In this document: positions 19,125 through 28,252 of the stretch, in pieces
How the letters are laid out: every line of letters begins with the position of its first letter
Numbering within the stretch: position 1 is the stretch's first letter
Origin: a bacterium
GTDB lineage: Bacteria > Zhuqueibacterota > Zhuqueibacteria > Residuimicrobiales > Krinioviventaceae
Reading direction: 5' to 3'
Length of the DNA stretch: 64,000 bases
Assembly (NCBI GenBank): GCA_963675755.2
Contig: CAXXMD010000002.1
Location: forward strand, 64,001-128,000
The notes under the pieces: generated by a model
Database searches by the model: none
What the model was told of the DNA's origin: nothing
What the model saw: only the letters and a program-made list of their open reading frames with translations
Position numbers and translations under genes: made by a program

Positions 19125-22100
19125 ATGAAAAAAATAAAAATATTAATACTATTATTGTTTATAACCGGTCTGCTATATGCAGAAGATCCGGTTGTGCAGA
19201 ATGTTAGATTTGTTCAAAGAACTGACGGTTCTTTAAAAGCAGATATATATTATGATGTAATTGATTCTGATAATGATACACTGACCGTTACATTGGAAGC
19301 TTCGGATGATGATGGATTGACCTGGGAGTTACCTTGTAGTCATGTAAGTGGTGATGTTGGTGGCAGCATTTTGTCCGGGACTGATAAACATATTGTTTGG
19401 GATTTTTTAGCTGACAATCCGGGAGTTAGGGGAAGCAACTATCGTGTGCGTGTTATTGCTAATGATCAAAAAGAGCCCGGTATGGTATACATTAATGGTG
19501 GTTCATTTCAAATGGGAAGTGAATATGGCGAAGATGATGAATTGCCAATCCATTCTGTTACCGTAAATGGCTTTTATATTGACTTGTATGAAGTAACCAA
19601 TGATCTTTATGCTGCATTTTTAAATGATGCTATAGTAAATGATATGATTTCAGTTGTTGGCACAGTTGTCAAACAAGATACCACAACATTATTGGATTTT
19701 GATGATCCGGAATGCTATATAACTTTTTCTGAAAACACTTTTCAGGTAGAACAGGATAAAAAAGAATTACCGGTTACATTTGTGACCTGGTTTGGTGCAA
19801 ACGCCTATGCGGAATATTATAATAAACGTTTACCAACTGAAGCAGAATGGGAGTACGCTTCACGTGGGGGCAGCCTGAGCCAAAATTATTCATATAGTGG
19901 CAGTAATAATGTTGATGCAGTTGCATGGTATCAAAGAAATTCGAATGAAAGTCCGCAACCTGTTGGTCAGTTAGAGCCTAATGAATTGGGTCTCTATGAT
20001 ATGAGTGGTAATGTATGGGAATGGTGTGCTGATAAATATGATGCCGATTACTATAATTTCACTCCTTTAACAAATCCTAATGGTTCTTTTGATGATTTAA
20101 ATGCCCGGGTTTTAAGAGGCGGCGCATGGGATGATGCCAAGGTTAAAACCAAACCGGCAAACCGGAATCGTGATTATGCCTGGCAGGGTTCGAATAATCG
20201 TGGATTCCGTTGTGTCAAAGCAAATACTGAATTAACGCAGTTGAACAGTATTACAATATCACCTTTGGATACAACTGTGATAAATAGCGGGACTTTTCAA
20301 TTTGAATGTTTAGCTGAATATAGTGATGGTAGTAATGTGGATGTTACTAATTTTACCGAATGGTCTGTTGTATTTGGTATTAGTGGCTCTATTGAAAGCA
20401 ATGGTTTGTTTACTGCGAGTGAACTGGAAACCGGTACAGTACAAGTACAGGCTGCTTTTGATGGAATGGATCTGCAAACAACGGTCAACGTCAGATTTGA
20501 AATTATTCAGGGGGCTGGTACCGTTACGGATATTGATGGTAATTCTTATCAAACTGTTAAAATAGGTACACAATGGTGGATGGTAGAAAACCTTAGGGTA
20601 ACCCATTACCGCAATGGCGATCCAATTCCAAATATCCCCGGAGCAGATGATTGGATGACATTACAATCCGGAGCACTTTGTTATTATGATAATGATCAAG
20701 ATACATCTGCCGTTTATGGTGCTTTGTACAACTGGTATGCGTTAATAGACAATAGAAGTATAGCACCCAGGGGTTGGCATGTGCCAACTGAAGAAGAGTG
20801 GAACACCCTGGTTAACTTGTTGGGTGATGAAACCAATGCTGGCGGAAGTCTGAAAGAGTCCGGCACTGTGCATTGGCAAAGCCCTAATACAGGGGCTAGC
20901 AATGAAAGTGGTTTCACCGGTTTGCCTGGTGGTATTCGTGATTTTGACTCGGGATTCTTTCATATAGGAAAAATGGGATATTTCTGGTTCAAAGAAAGCA
21001 ATTCAAATAATCCCGTTGCAAAAATTTTGTCATACGATAATAATGGTGTAACCCAGGAAGGCGGAGAACCCAAATGTGGATTTTCGGTCCGTCTTATTCG
21101 TGATCAGAATGTAAATAATAATCCACCCACAGCATCGCTTGTTGTAACGCCTGAGACAGGTACAACCGAAACCGTCTTTACTTTTGATGCAACGGGAAGC
21201 ACAGATGACCATGATCAGCTAACTCAATTACAGGTTCGATGGGATTGGCAAGATGATGGGATTTGGGATACCGGATATTCCAGCACCAAAATAGTAACAC
21301 ATAAATTCGCCACCGCTATTTCAAGAACTGTAAAAATGCAGATTCGGGATATGGATGGCGTGAGCTCTGTAATTACAAAAGAGATTCGTGTCTATCAGGA
21401 TGATTTGCAGGTGACATTTCCCAATGGTGGAGAAACATTCAATACCGGTGATACGGAAATTATTCAATGGTTTATAAATGAACTTGATGAACGGGTATAT
21501 GTTGATCTGTTCCTGGGCGATGAATTTGTAACGCGTTTAAAAGATACGGGTACTGCTAATGATGGTGATTATACCTGGGATATTTCTTCAGATATTCCAT
21601 CCGGTAACCATTATCGGATTAGGATTTATGGTCTTTGGTCGAACACCACTGATTTCAGTGATGGATATTTTACTATCATGAATCAGGGTGAAGAACAACC
21701 GACGGGTACGGTATTGGATAATGATGGTAATCTCTATAAAACGATCAAAATTGGTGAGCAATGGTGGATGGCTGAAAATCTCCAGGTTACACATTACAGG
21801 AACGGAGATATTATTCCTAATGTAACTGATAATTCTGAATGGACAAATCTTGATTCCGGAGCTCTTTGTTATTATGATAATAATAAAACCAATAAAAATG
21901 ATTATGGCGCTTTATACAATTGGTATGCAATGAATGATACACGTAATATTGCACCTGCCGGATGGCATGTACCGACTGATACCGAATGGAAGCAACTCGA
22001 GATGTATTTAGGCATGAGCCAAACTGATGCTGATAATGAAAACTGGCGTGGAACGGATCAGGGTGGAAAATTAAAAGAGACCGGTACCAGCCACTGGAAC

Positions 22101-22340
22101 AATCCCAATACCGGAGCAACAAATGAAAGCGGCTTTACAGCCCGAGGTGGTGGATACCGTAGCTATTCATTTAATGGTGCTTTTGATGGTAAAGGACAAT
22201 ACGCTACCTTTGGAACGGCGACAGAATCTGATGCGCAAAATACCTGGCACCATTATCTCTATTTCAGTACTGATGAAGTAGGACGCGGAACTGCCAATAA
22301 AGCAGATGGGTTTACAGTCCGGTTGGTTAAGGATAATTGA
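19125..22340 (+). CDS. Large secreted multidomain protein: Ig-like N-domain, FGE-sulfatase (SUMF1) domain, Ig-like, Fib_succ_major, PKD, Ig-like, Fib_succ_major
   Basis: 'RLPTEAEWEYA', 'YDMSGNVWEW', 'RGG.W...GFRCV'; two 'IG.QWWM.ENL...YG.LYNW...P.GWHVPT..EW...GF.VRL' domains; PKD 'FDATGS.D...WDW..DG.WD'. Confidence 0.88.
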   Translation: MKKIKILILLLFITGLLYAEDPVVQNVRFVQRTDGSLKADIYYDVIDSDNDTLTVTLEASDDDGLTWELPCSHVSGDVGGSILSGTDKHIVWDFLADNPGVRGSNYRVRVIANDQKEPGMVYINGGSFQMGSEYGEDDELPIHSVTVNGFYIDLYEVTNDLYAAFLNDAIVNDMISVVGTVVKQDTTTLLDFDDPECYITFSENTFQVEQDKKELPVTFVTWFGANAYAEYYNKRLPTEAEWEYASRGGSLSQNYSYSGSNNVDAVAWYQRNSNESPQPVGQLEPNELGLYDMSGNVWEWCADKYDADYYNFTPLTNPNGSFDDLNARVLRGGAWDDAKVKTKPANRNRDYAWQGSNNRGFRCVKANTELTQLNSITISPLDTTVINSGTFQFECLAEYSDGSNVDVTNFTEWSVVFGISGSIESNGLFTASELETGTVQVQAAFDGMDLQTTVNVRFEIIQGAGTVTDIDGNSYQTVKIGTQWWMVENLRVTHYRNGDPIPNIPGADDWMTLQSGALCYYDNDQDTSAVYGALYNWYALIDNRSIAPRGWHVPTEEEWNTLVNLLGDETNAGGSLKESGTVHWQSPNTGASNESGFTGLPGGIRDFDSGFFHIGKMGYFWFKESNSNNPVAKILSYDNNGVTQEGGEPKCGFSVRLIRDQNVNNNPPTASLVVTPETGTTETVFTFDATGSTDDHDQLTQLQVRWDWQDDGIWDTGYSSTKIVTHKFATAISRTVKMQIRDMDGVSSVITKEIRVYQDDLQVTFPNGGETFNTGDTEIIQWFINELDERVYVDLFLGDEFVTRLKDTGTANDGDYTWDISSDIPSGNHYRIRIYGLWSNTTDFSDGYFTIMNQGEEQPTGTVLDNDGNLYKTIKIGEQWWMAENLQVTHYRNGDIIPNVTDNSEWTNLDSGALCYYDNNKTNKNDYGALYNWYAMNDTRNIAPAGWHVPTDTEWKQLEMYLGMSQTDADNENWRGTDQGGKLKETGTSHWNNPNTGATNESGFTARGGGYRSYSFNGAFDGKGQYATFGTATESDAQNTWHHYLYFSTDEVGRGTANKADGFTVRLVKDN

Positions 22341-22368
22341 TAATGAGTGGAAAAAATTATTTAGAGAT

Positions 22369-22403
22369 AAAAAAAGACCGGTTTATTATCGGTCTTTTTT
22401 TTT
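22369..22403. terminator. Bidirectional Rho-independent terminator between convergent genes
   Basis: aaaaaaagaccg-gtttattat-cggtcttttttttt. Confidence 0.85.
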
Positions 22404-22411
22404 GTGTTATA

Positions 22412-23257
22412 TTATTTTTGAAGCAATTTTTGTCTATTCTTTAAATAATGTTCAAGCAGGTCAAGCTTGTCTGTATTGAGGAAATCAACCTGTGCCAGTA
22501 TCAACTCGTTCCAGAACATGCGCTGATCAAGGATAGGATCTACATCTGTGCCCCAAAAGCGTACCCATTGCCCTTTTGCGTGTGCGGTTTTGGCAATAAT
22601 TGCCAATTTTTCTTTTTCTTTTGCGGGAATGGCTCCATTACCGTACCATTCAAATAAATCCTGCCAATTATTACTGATCATTGATACAAGTGATGCGGGA
22701 TAATCTGATTTTAAATCTGCAATACGTCCATCATAGCTTGTATAGCGAAGTGACTCTTTTGCCATGAGATCCAGAGACGGGCGATTACCGGACAGAATAA
22801 CTGCAACCGGACCTTTGATTGTTTTATTGTTTTTATAAATTGTCAACATGTCTTTATATTCTGCCAATACACGATTCAATGCTTGATAGGTTGCAAAAGA
22901 ATCGGATTTGATGTCTATGAGCAGTATTAATGGAAAATCTTTATTGAACCGGCAATCCGGAGATTTGACGAGTTCCTGTATCGGATCCAGATACATATGC
23001 TGTAATGTCATTCCCGGTTTTACATCCTCAATGTCATGAGCTACCAACAACTCATTGTTCACCAGGTGTATGTCTGCTTCAACACTGCTAAAATTGTGAT
23101 CTAAAGCATCGTAAAAAGGCCTACCATGGTTATAGTCATTGTGTGCATGTGCACGAGGCTGATAAAGAGGGTCTGATACTTTTTGATTGTTCGATTGACA
23201 AGAAAGTCCAAAGAGTATTATAATAAAAATCGTTGTATATCTGATAAAAAAGCGCAT
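22412..23257 (-). CDS. PLC-like phosphodiesterase superfamily lipoprotein (AIM6-like)
   Basis: Lipobox GLSC; 'AHAHNDY', 'SVEADI', 'VAHD', 'LLIDIK', 'RFWGT', 'NTD'. GGAG RBS precedes ATG 23257. Confidence 0.75.
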   Translation of the reverse strand: MRFFIRYTTIFIIILFGLSCQSNNQKVSDPLYQPRAHAHNDYNHGRPFYDALDHNFSSVEADIHLVNNELLVAHDIEDVKPGMTLQHMYLDPIQELVKSPDCRFNKDFPLILLIDIKSDSFATYQALNRVLAEYKDMLTIYKNNKTIKGPVAVILSGNRPSLDLMAKESLRYTSYDGRIADLKSDYPASLVSMISNNWQDLFEWYGNGAIPAKEKEKLAIIAKTAHAKGQWVRFWGTDVDPILDQRMFWNELILAQVDFLNTDKLDLLEHYLKNRQKLLQK

Positions 23258-23291
23258 TTTCGTCTCCATGGATTATTGAGGTTAAAATGTA

Positions 23292-23320
23292 AATGTAACA
23301 AGAAGAAAAGGGGAAATCAA
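23292..23320 (-). promoter_or_regulatory. Candidate sigma70 promoter for the PLC-like gene
   Basis: Minus strand TTGATT-N17-TACATT with extended TG. Confidence 0.45.
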
Positions 23321-23332
23321 TTTAATTATGTA

Positions 23333-25087
23333 TTAATCCTGAAAAATAGGGCTCATTGTTATCATTTCCCCGAACTCGATAAAATCTTTCAGTTTTATTA
23401 TTTCTTCTGAAAATGGCCGGTCTTCTATAACCGGAGGAAACAATGTTGACACATGGGTCAATATTTGTTCGCATACGGGATTTATCAATCGGTCTTCCGG
23501 TTTAATGGGATAATGCTCTCTAACAGCGATTTCCATTTCAAATGGATTTTTAAGGATTTCCAGTTCTTTTTGCATCTTGTGCAGTTTCTGGTTGGTCTTT
23601 TCAGAAACCGGCACTTTGGAGGGGATGTGTGGCAGTTTTTTACGGATAGCTGCCGCCTGGTTTATAAAAGCAAGCTCAATAGCCAGTAACTGCGCCAGTT
23701 TAGGCAGAGTTTTACGGGCCCGTACCGCTACATCCGTGCCCATGCTGACATGGTCTTCCTGTCCTGTATTGGTAGGGATATTGTAAAGATGGTTCGGCAT
23801 GGCTTCTCCCCAGATAGAGTTTGCAAGTGCTGCCGAAGTATATTCCAGCATCATCATACCGCTTGAAATCGCTTTTTGGCTTTCTGAAAGATCAGGCCAT
23901 TTCAAGTCCCTGCCCAAACCCTTGTTCAGATTGGCATCCACATAACGCGCACATCTGCGATTCACAAGAGACGCCATTATGCCCATGGCTTGAATTAGAT
24001 TATATACCCTTACAGCTACCGGCATACCATGAAAATGCCCACCGGATACAATATCCACATATTTACCATAATACGGATCATCCGTCTTCCAGCCGTATTC
24101 TTTATCTGCGGGGAGAATAAGTGGATTGTCGGTCACGCTGTTTGCTTCCCTGAGGAGTGCGGCCTGGCTTTCGTCAATCAATTCAGCGCATGTTCCTAAA
24201 ATCTGAGCAGAGCAGCGTATATTATATGGGTCCTGGATCTCTCCGTCAATACGATAATCCCGGTGTGCTTCACGTAAAGGTGAATCTTTCATCAGGGCAT
24301 ATATCCATTTCGCAACTTTGACAGCCCCGGGATGAGGACGGAGTTGGTGCAGGTCTTCACAGAATGGTGTTTCAGGGGCCAGCATTACCTGAGCGGTCAT
24401 GGCTGACTGAATTGCTGCGGTTTTAATATAGGTTTGCATTTTACCGCAAACATCTAGCCCAATTGCAGTCATATACTGAACGCCATTGTTGAGCGCCAAT
24501 CCTTCTTTCATCTGCAGGCGTATGGGTACCAGTCCTGATTTACGATAAGCATCAGTTGCATCCATGAGCATACCTTGGTAACGCACCTGACCTTTTCCCA
24601 GCATTCCTAGTGCGATATGAGAGAGGGGGGCAAGATCACCGCTGGCTCCAACTGAACCCAATTCCGGGACGATTGGCAGCATGTCATGATTGAGCATGCT
24701 TAAAATGTGTTCAACCAGACATGAACGTATGCCACTGTTGCCGCGGGATAGGGATTGGGCCCGTAATAACATGGTAATACGGATAATCTCATCCGGTGCA
24801 GGGTCACCAACACCCACACAATGCGAGATGATCAGGTTTTCCTGTAATGCGGAAAGGTGTGCATCGTCAACTGCCAGATCAACATTGTGCCCAAAACCCC
24901 GGTTAAACCCATATGCCGGGTATTTTTGAGATGTCACAAACTCTACAATGTCTTTACGACGACTGTCAAGCAGTGCGCGGGTATCATCTGCCAGTTTAAA
25001 TTTTAACTGGTTTTGAGCGCAAGCAGTAATCTCTGAAAGAGAGATGTCTTTATTGTGATGAATGATGAGTACGTTTTTATCGGCCAT
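23333..25087 (-). CDS. hutH: Histidine ammonia-lyase
   Basis: MIO motif 'GSVGASGDLAPL', 'LIISH', 'QDPYNIRC', 'DNPL', 'GQEDHVSMG'; hut operon context. Confidence 0.85.
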   Translation of the reverse strand: MADKNVLIIHHNKDISLSEITACAQNQLKFKLADDTRALLDSRRKDIVEFVTSQKYPAYGFNRGFGHNVDLAVDDAHLSALQENLIISHCVGVGDPAPDEIIRITMLLRAQSLSRGNSGIRSCLVEHILSMLNHDMLPIVPELGSVGASGDLAPLSHIALGMLGKGQVRYQGMLMDATDAYRKSGLVPIRLQMKEGLALNNGVQYMTAIGLDVCGKMQTYIKTAAIQSAMTAQVMLAPETPFCEDLHQLRPHPGAVKVAKWIYALMKDSPLREAHRDYRIDGEIQDPYNIRCSAQILGTCAELIDESQAALLREANSVTDNPLILPADKEYGWKTDDPYYGKYVDIVSGGHFHGMPVAVRVYNLIQAMGIMASLVNRRCARYVDANLNKGLGRDLKWPDLSESQKAISSGMMMLEYTSAALANSIWGEAMPNHLYNIPTNTGQEDHVSMGTDVAVRARKTLPKLAQLLAIELAFINQAAAIRKKLPHIPSKVPVSEKTNQKLHKMQKELEILKNPFEMEIAVREHYPIKPEDRLINPVCEQILTHVSTLFPPVIEDRPFSEEIIKLKDFIEFGEMITMSPIFQD

Positions 25088-25090
25088 ATG

Positions 25091-26344
25091 TCACTCCAAT
25101 CCAGGTACCTTCCAGCTCAAATTGCGGTCAAAAATTATGTTACCCTTTTTAATGACTTTTTCTATCTGAGGTTCTCCATAAAAATAGATCAGATTCTGAT
25201 AATTATCCGAGTCGAGTATCATCAAATCTGCCTGCCATCCCGGGGCAATGCACCCAACATTTTCTTTGCCCAATGCATAAGCTCCATTTTGGGTAGCGGC
25301 GGATACAGCTTCGGGCATGGAAAAGCCCATTTGGGTGCAGGCAAGATTCAGTATCAATGGCATATTGAGAGTCATGCAACTACCGGTATTAAAATCTGTT
25401 GCCAGAACCGGAATGCACCCGGCATCCAGAATTTTTCGTCCCGGTGCATAAGGAATTTTCAAAAACAATGATACGCCGGGAAGCATTGTTGTACAGATAT
25501 CTGTGCCTGCCAGCATGGCAATGTCTGTATCATCCAACGTTTCCAAATGTTCAACTGCTACTGCACCTATTTCAATCGCTCCCTGAATGCCGCCAATATT
25601 GTTAAACTGGTTCGTATGCATTCGGGGGATCAATCCGAATTTCTTTGCTTCGCAAAGAATATCCAGAGATTCCTGAACGGAGAAATATCCCAGTTCACAA
25701 AAGACATCACAGAAATCTGCCAACACTGTGGCTTCAGGCAGCATATCTTTGATTTCTTGAATATAATCAGATTTTGATTTGTTTGGGGGAATTGCATGAG
25801 CGCCTAAAAAAGTCGAGGTGATTTCGACTGGCTGGATCTCTTTGAGCTTGTCTATCACTCGAAGGATTTTTAACTCTGTATCTCTGTCCAGCCCATAACC
25901 ACTTTTGATCTCTATACTGGTGGTTCCATGCCTGACTGCTTTTTGTAGATACAATAATCCTCGTTCTATCAGTTCTTCTTGTGACATACTACGGGTTGCA
26001 TTAACCGTGCTTAAAATACCGCCACCTTGTTTGGCAATTTCTTCATAAGTAATACCGGCACAGCGTTGTGCAAATTCATTTTCTCGGTGTCCGCCAAAAA
26101 CCAGATGGGTGTGGGAATCTACAAAACCCGGTAAAACAGCTTTTCCGGATGCATCAATGATTTGACAATCACCTGGTATCCGTGATAATAGTTCATCGAC
26201 AGGGGCAATTGCCTGTATAATATCATCCTGAATGAAAATAGAAGTATAAGTGTGTTCGGTCAGTTGTTTGATGGCCTGACCACGTAACTCACCCGGTTTG
26301 GGAGTAATAATTTGTGATGCGCTTTTTATCAGCAGAGATGACAT
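25091..26344 (-). CDS. hutI: Imidazolonepropionase
   Basis: 'PGFVDSHTHLVFGG.R..EF', 'GGGILSTV', 'EIKSGYGL', 'DVFCE', 'ATDFN'. Confidence 0.95.
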   Translation of the reverse strand: MSSLLIKSASQIITPKPGELRGQAIKQLTEHTYTSIFIQDDIIQAIAPVDELLSRIPGDCQIIDASGKAVLPGFVDSHTHLVFGGHRENEFAQRCAGITYEEIAKQGGGILSTVNATRSMSQEELIERGLLYLQKAVRHGTTSIEIKSGYGLDRDTELKILRVIDKLKEIQPVEITSTFLGAHAIPPNKSKSDYIQEIKDMLPEATVLADFCDVFCELGYFSVQESLDILCEAKKFGLIPRMHTNQFNNIGGIQGAIEIGAVAVEHLETLDDTDIAMLAGTDICTTMLPGVSLFLKIPYAPGRKILDAGCIPVLATDFNTGSCMTLNMPLILNLACTQMGFSMPEAVSAATQNGAYALGKENVGCIAPGWQADLMILDSDNYQNLIYFYGEPQIEKVIKKGNIIFDRNLSWKVPGLE

Positions 26345-26356
26345 TGTATTTCCATT

Positions 26357-28041
26357 TTATTGGATTTTTGAATTTACAATACTCAGAATTTCCCGTTCCA
26401 TTACATTGGTTTGGGTTTCCAGTTCATCGCAGTTTTGTAATAAATCGTCTACAAATGCTTTGTCTTTGCACCCGGCTGCATTGATTTTTACATTAAGGTG
26501 TGCTCCCATGACCGCTGAACGGGCGGCAAGTGCAGCAACACCGGCATCAGAAACTGAATTGGGATTCCCTATCTCTGCCATGGCTTTTATACTCGTCATG
26601 GATTCGAATGCTTTTCTCATTACCCGATAAGGGATCTCTATTGCAAATTTTGTTGCATCCTGAATAGCCTGACTTCGATCTTTTTTTTCTTCATCCGTTT
26701 TCTTTGGCATAGCAAAAGCTTTCATCATGTCATTAAACGCTCTTGTATCTTCATCTACAAGAAATAACAACTCAGCATAGCAGGCTTTGGCTTTTTCAGC
26801 CCAGTCTGAGAATTCCTGCCAACGATCGTCCCAGCCGCGTTTATGGGATGACAGGTTGGCAACCATTGCAGCAAGTGCGGCTCCAAAAGCACCCATTGCT
26901 GCTGAAATAGATCCACCGCCTGGTGCAGGCGCTTCCGAAGCTGTTAAATCTGTAAAATCCTCAAGAGTAAGATCTTTCAGGCCTTTATCTTTATCCTTGT
27001 CCATTGCATATTCAATAATCTTTTCTTCCGGAACAAAGGGACCCAACTCATCCAATCCCATAGATTTGATTGCAATCTTTATGAGCTCCTTGTCGGATAC
27101 ACCGGTTGAACGCTGCTGTTTTTGGAGGAAATATTTTCCGGCTTCCAGCATGGATTGCAAAGGGATGAGCCCTACCAGTTCTGAACCGGTCACCCGAATG
27201 CCTCGTGTATCTGCTTTTTTGCAGACCTCGTCAAAAGCCATATGAACAGGAGTAACTTTGAGATTGGTCAGGTTCATAGAAATTTGGGCGATACCATATT
27301 CCTCAATATACCAGCCGATGCCTTTAACGCATTTCAATGAACCTGGTATCATAACCGGGTTACCTTTTTCGTCTTTAATAACAGGACCGGTGAGTGGATT
27401 GCCTTCTCTTTTAATGCGGCCTTTTTCACGTACGTCAAATGCAATGGCATTTGCTCTGCGGGTAGAGGTTGTATTGAGATTGACATTATAAGCCACCAGA
27501 AAATCCCTTGCGCCAACAGCGGTTGCTCCAGACCTGGCATTAAATTCAGTTGGCCCGAAATCGGGTTTTCCTTCATGAGTTTTGATTTTATCTTTCAATC
27601 CTTCATACTCTCCTGATCGGCAATAGGCCAGGTTTCTACGCTTTTCATCGAGTGCGGCATATTCATAACAATATATGTGTATACCCAGTTCTTTACCCAG
27701 TCGCTCGGCAAGTTTATGTGCATATTCTACAGTTTCTTCCATGCTTATATTGGCAATGGGATGAGAGGACAAACATCCATTGCACCAAAGCGTGGATGTT
27801 CACCTTTATGCTTTGTCATATCAATCATTTCTGCAGCTTTTTTTGCCGCTCTGAATGCCGCTTCACATACCGCATCAGGGGACCCTACAAAGGTCACAAC
27901 AGTTCGATTGGTAGATGATCCGGGGTCTACATCTAGGAGTTTTACTCCATCAACGGATTCAACCTGGTCAGTGATCTGTTTCATAACCGCCATGTCGCGG
28001 CCTTCACTAAAATTTGGAACACATTCTATTAATTGTTGCAC
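26357..28041 (-). pseudogene. ftcd: Glutamate formimidoyltransferase / formimidoyl-THF cyclodeaminase (bifunctional FTCD), split by a 1-nt frameshift at 27758-27760 (probably a sequencing error)
   Basis: GTG start with GGAG RBS; 'LIECVPNFSEGR', 'HPRFGAMDVCPLIP' continues in another frame as 'IANISMEE...'; C-terminal 'PAPGGGS', 'NSVSDAGV'. Confidence 0.88.
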
Positions 28042-28062
28042 AAGATCTCCTGTTTTTTTTGT

Positions 28063-28113
28063 GGACCATTCGATACACCCGACCGCTAACTGGCGGTCGG
28101 GCACTCGTGGTCC
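28063..28113. repeat. GC-rich intergenic stem-loop (REP-like)
   Basis: Outer pair ggacca/tggtcc and inner pair cccgaccgc/gcggtcggg. Confidence 0.6.
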
Positions 28114-28252
28114 GGAATCCTTAAATTCTACTTGTTCAATAAAATCAAGTTCATACAATTTTCTGACTTTTTCTCGTGCTCAAGCTCTGCCTTGGTGCGT
28201 TATATTGTTAAAGGGTTTTAAGACAGAGACTTTTAACCAGGAATATCACATA

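Noticed and set aside
19125-22340. Complete diversity-generating retroelement
   Set aside because: No reverse transcriptase, Avd or adenine-mismatched template repeat seen. The two Fib_succ_major copies are ordinary coding paralogs.
28042-28158. N-terminal extension of FTCD in the ORF track
   Set aside because: It reads through the palindromic element. GGAG + GTG at 28041 matches the conserved 'LIECVPNFSEG' start.
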